A stretch of DNA of 64,000 bases, taken from assembly GCA_017615795.1 (NCBI GenBank), contig JAFZZK010000020.1, positions 93,155-157,154 on the forward strand, read 5' to 3'. The translations under genes were made by a program, and so were the position numbers. The notes under the pieces are model-generated. The model saw only the letters and a list, made by a program, of their open reading frames with translations, ran no database searches and was not told where the DNA came from. Origin of the DNA: Bacteroidales bacterium. Lineage in GTDB: Bacteria; Bacteroidota; Bacteroidia; Bacteroidales; WCHB1-69. Shown here one piece after another: positions 61,295-64,000 of this stretch (position 1 is its first letter; every line of letters starts with the position of its first letter).

Positions 61295-62599
61295 ATGAAC
61301 TTCATCCCGGACATAGAATTCCAGCCCTGCGAGGTTATCAAGGCCTTCCAAGAGGAAAAACTGCGCGAACACATCGCCTATCTGCAGGCCTTCTCTCCCT
61401 TTTACAAAAAAATGTTTGCCGAGAACCATATCGACTCGATGAAAATACAACACATCGAGGATCTGCGGCACATCCCGTTCACTGACAAGAAAGACCTGCA
61501 GCTGCACAACTGGGAGTTCCTGTGCGTGAAAAAACACCGCATAATCGACTACATCACCACATCGGGCACATTAGGCGACCCTGTGACTTTCGCCTGCACC
61601 GACAGCGATTTGGAGCGATTAGCCTACAACGAAGCCATCTCCTTTGCCTGTGCGGGACTGAAGCCCGGCAATGTGCTGCAACTAATGACCACCATGGACA
61701 AACGCTTCATGGCGGGCTTGGCTTATTTCTTGGGATTAAGAAAGTTGGGTGCCGGCGTCATCCGCGTCGGCAACGGCATCCCCGAGTTGCAATGGGACAC
61801 CATCCAGCGCATCCAGCCCGACACGGTCATGTGCATCCCATCCTTCATCCTGCGCCTCATCGAGTATGCCGAAGAACACGGCATCGACTACAAGAACTCC
61901 TCCATCAAGCGCATCATTGGTATCGGGGAAGGGCTGCGTGACCAGCATTTCGAACTCAACTCATTGGGCAAGAACATCAAAGACAAATGGGACGTGCAAC
62001 TCTTCGCCACCTACTCCTCCACGGAGATGTCGGCCACCTTCTCGGAATGCGAGTACGGTTGCGGCGGGCACCACCATCCGGAGTTGCTCATTGTGGAAAT
62101 CATCGGCGATGATGACGAACCCGTTCCCGACGGCGAAGTCGGAGAGGTTGTGGTCACCACCCTTGGAATCGAGGGCATGCCCCTGCTGCGATTCCGCACA
62201 GGCGACATGGCCTGCATCCACCCCGAGCCGTGCCGTTGCAGGCGCCAGACCTTCCGCATCAGCCCCATCGTGGGCCGCAAGAACCACATGATCAAGTACA
62301 AGGGCACAACCCTCTATCCACCCGCACTCACCGAAGTGCTGACCAACACCGACTACGTCGAGAACTACTATATCACCATCGACACCAATCCCAACACCGG
62401 CACCGACGAGGTGACCATCACCATTGGACTGCGTCACAACCCCGAGTTTGATGTCGTCAAAGACATCAAGGACCGTTTCCGCGCCAAGGTGCGTGTGGCA
62501 CCTGACATCCGCATTGCGGACGTGGACGACGTGCGCAAGGTCAATTTCCCCGCCATGAGCCGCAAACCCGTCACCCTCATCGACAACAGAAAGCACTAA
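61295..62599 (+). CDS. Adenylate-forming enzyme, phenylacetate-CoA ligase (PaaK)/F390-synthetase-like
   Basis: 434 aa. TSGTLGDPVTF (P-loop-like AMP motif), YSSTEM and GRKNHMIKYKGTTLYP (equivalent to GR.DD....G.N..P). Confidence 0.8.
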   Translation: MNFIPDIEFQPCEVIKAFQEEKLREHIAYLQAFSPFYKKMFAENHIDSMKIQHIEDLRHIPFTDKKDLQLHNWEFLCVKKHRIIDYITTSGTLGDPVTFACTDSDLERLAYNEAISFACAGLKPGNVLQLMTTMDKRFMAGLAYFLGLRKLGAGVIRVGNGIPELQWDTIQRIQPDTVMCIPSFILRLIEYAEEHGIDYKNSSIKRIIGIGEGLRDQHFELNSLGKNIKDKWDVQLFATYSSTEMSATFSECEYGCGGHHHPELLIVEIIGDDDEPVPDGEVGEVVVTTLGIEGMPLLRFRTGDMACIHPEPCRCRRQTFRISPIVGRKNHMIKYKGTTLYPPALTEVLTNTDYVENYYITIDTNPNTGTDEVTITIGLRHNPEFDVVKDIKDRFRAKVRVAPDIRIADVDDVRKVNFPAMSRKPVTLIDNRKH

Positions 62600-62620
62600 A
62601 TATTTTCCACAACCACGGAA

Positions 62621-63787
62621 ATGAAAGATCTATTTCCAAACACCAGACCATACAACGACAGCGAAATCCCTGCCGCCGTGGCACGCGTCGCCTCCAACCC
62701 GTTCTTCGACACGATCGTCAAGTACCTTTTTCCCGACACCTCCGTGGAAAAGTTCCGGCAAGAGTTTCTCCAAATCACCACCATTGACGAGTTTCAAGAG
62801 AAAGTGATGCTGAAGGCCATCGGGAACATCATCCAACGCACCTGCACAGACTTCACCGAGGAGGGTGTCGGCCTCTTGGTTCCTGACCGCCGTTACACCT
62901 TTATCGCCAACCACCGCGACATCCTGCTGGATGCTGCATTGTTGCAGATTGTCCTGAAACAAAATCATCTCCGCACTTCGGAAATCACGTTCGGCAGCAA
63001 TCTGATGCAAGGCGACATCGTCATCGACATCGGCAAGATGAACAAGATGTTCCGCATAGAGCGCGGCGGCACTGTGCACAGCTTCTACAAAAGCTCGATG
63101 GAGGTCTCCTCCTATATGCGCTATGCCGTGACAGAAAAGGGCGAGTCCACATGGATTGCCCAACGCAATGGACGGACCAAGGATGGCTACGACCGCACGG
63201 AAAACGCCGTGCTCAAAATGCTGTCCATCAGCAGTCAGAAGTCCTTCCAAGAAAACTTGGCCGAGATGAACATCACACCTGTGGCCATTTCCTACGAATA
63301 CGAGCCCTGCGATTTTCTGAAGACACAGGAGTTGTATATCTCCCAATATCAAAAATACATCAAAGAACCCGGAGAGGATCTTCGCAGCATCCTGAAAGGC
63401 GTCACACAGGAAAAAGGCCAGGTACACATCGCCGTCACCCCGCCTGTTACGGCAGAAGAGCTGGCCGACTGTGACAATTACGAGAAGAACCTCAAGTTCG
63501 AACGTCTGGCACAAATCATCGACCAACGCATAACAGACCACTACAAACTGTGGAAGACCAACCACATCGCCTACGACTTGTTGCATCAAAGCCAGCGCTA
63601 TGCCGACCAATACACCGCTGCTGACGCGGATGCTTTTGTGCGCTATATGGAAAGTGGCCTACAGGGGCTTTCAGGCGAAAGAGACGAACTACGGAACATT
63701 TTCCTGAAAATCTACGCCAATCCCATCACAAACAAAATAGACAACGCTTCAAGCACGACAACGGAATGGAAAACGAACAATTTATAG
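62621..63787 (+). CDS. PlsC-family acyltransferase with extended C-terminal domain
   Basis: 388 aa. HX4D motif NHRDILLD and a downstream RNGRTKDG block. Confidence 0.75.
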   Translation: MKDLFPNTRPYNDSEIPAAVARVASNPFFDTIVKYLFPDTSVEKFRQEFLQITTIDEFQEKVMLKAIGNIIQRTCTDFTEEGVGLLVPDRRYTFIANHRDILLDAALLQIVLKQNHLRTSEITFGSNLMQGDIVIDIGKMNKMFRIERGGTVHSFYKSSMEVSSYMRYAVTEKGESTWIAQRNGRTKDGYDRTENAVLKMLSISSQKSFQENLAEMNITPVAISYEYEPCDFLKTQELYISQYQKYIKEPGEDLRSILKGVTQEKGQVHIAVTPPVTAEELADCDNYEKNLKFERLAQIIDQRITDHYKLWKTNHIAYDLLHQSQRYADQYTAADADAFVRYMESGLQGLSGERDELRNIFLKIYANPITNKIDNASSTTTEWKTNNL

Positions 63788-64000
63788 ACTACGTCAAGAT
63801 ATTTGCACGCTCCGGCAACGGTGGTGGCGGATCAGCGCACTTGGCACGTTTCGCCCGCAACCCCAAGGGCGGTCCCGACGGGGGCGACGGCGGCAAGGGC
63901 GGCAGTGTCATCGCACGCGGCAACCGCAACCTTTGGACCTTGCTGCATCTTCGTTACACCAAACACGTGTTCGCGGAAAACGGCGAACACGGGCAAAAAA
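63766..64000 (+). CDS. obg: GTPase Obg, 5' partial (runs off the window)
   Basis: My own translation is MENEQFIDYVKIFARSGNGGGGSAHLARFARNPKGGPDGGDGGKGGSVIARGN..., the glycine-rich Obg fold. It overlaps the upstream stop by 22 nt. Not in the ORF track because it has no stop in the window. Confidence 0.85.
   Translation, partial: MENEQFIDYVKIFARSGNGGGGSAHLARFARNPKGGPDGGDGGKGGSVIARGNRNLWTLLHLRYTKHVFAENGEHGQK

Overview
This 64 kb window looks like a Bacteroidota, probably Bacteroidales, chromosome. The evidence is about twenty TAnnTTTG -7 promoter boxes, T9SS type-A and type-B C-terminal sorting domains, a FISH-domain lipoprotein and no Shine-Dalgarno signals. All calls come from reading the sequence and ORF track by eye; no BLAST, HMM or folding was run, and coordinates of small motifs were counted by hand.

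The core backbone is about 55% GC in hand-counted sample lines. It carries housekeeping genes: argF-type ornithine carbamoyltransferase, a short chorismate-synthase-like gene, gltX, tex, maf, gdhA, pepD, the obg 5' end, tRNA-Pro(GGG) and tRNA-Ser(CGA). It also carries secreted and T9SS proteins and several accessory modules.

Four loci deserve follow-up:
1. A low-GC mosaic island at about 34.8-48.9 kb has no integrase. It is rich in nuclease-like genes (two paralogous PD-(D/E)xK proteins, GIY-YIG, DUF2779/Cas4-like), plus an HExxH protein, an AbiEi/AbiEii pair and an ECF-sigma/beta-barrel/FISH operon. Three unusual repeat systems run through it:
   - a 24-nt cassette-leader core upstream of three unrelated ORFs;
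   - a duplicated ~150-nt promoter/operator module shared by abiE and the HExxH gene;
   - a GTAGAGACG-N10-CGTCTCTAC palindrome family, three copies of which lie in-frame inside an ORF.
2. A 10 kb same-strand cluster at 53.5-63.8 kb looks like an uncharacterised lipid tailoring and export pathway. It encodes an MMPL-acyltransferase-methyltransferase fusion, a CrtI-like flavoprotein, a B12-radical SAM enzyme, a PaaK-like ligase and a second acyltransferase, but no ketosynthase or ACP.
3. A tight four-gene operon at 24.4-27.6 kb encodes a DRTGG protein, an RsbW-like ATPase, a [FeFe]-hydrogenase-like Fe-S protein whose proton-transfer Cys is replaced, and a His-rich 10-TM permease.
4. A tRNA-Ser-linked integrase stump with arm-type direct repeats lies at 6.6-7.3 kb.

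Many long ORFs in the track are antisense shadows of real genes and were rejected. Several ORF-track starts run through promoters and were trimmed.
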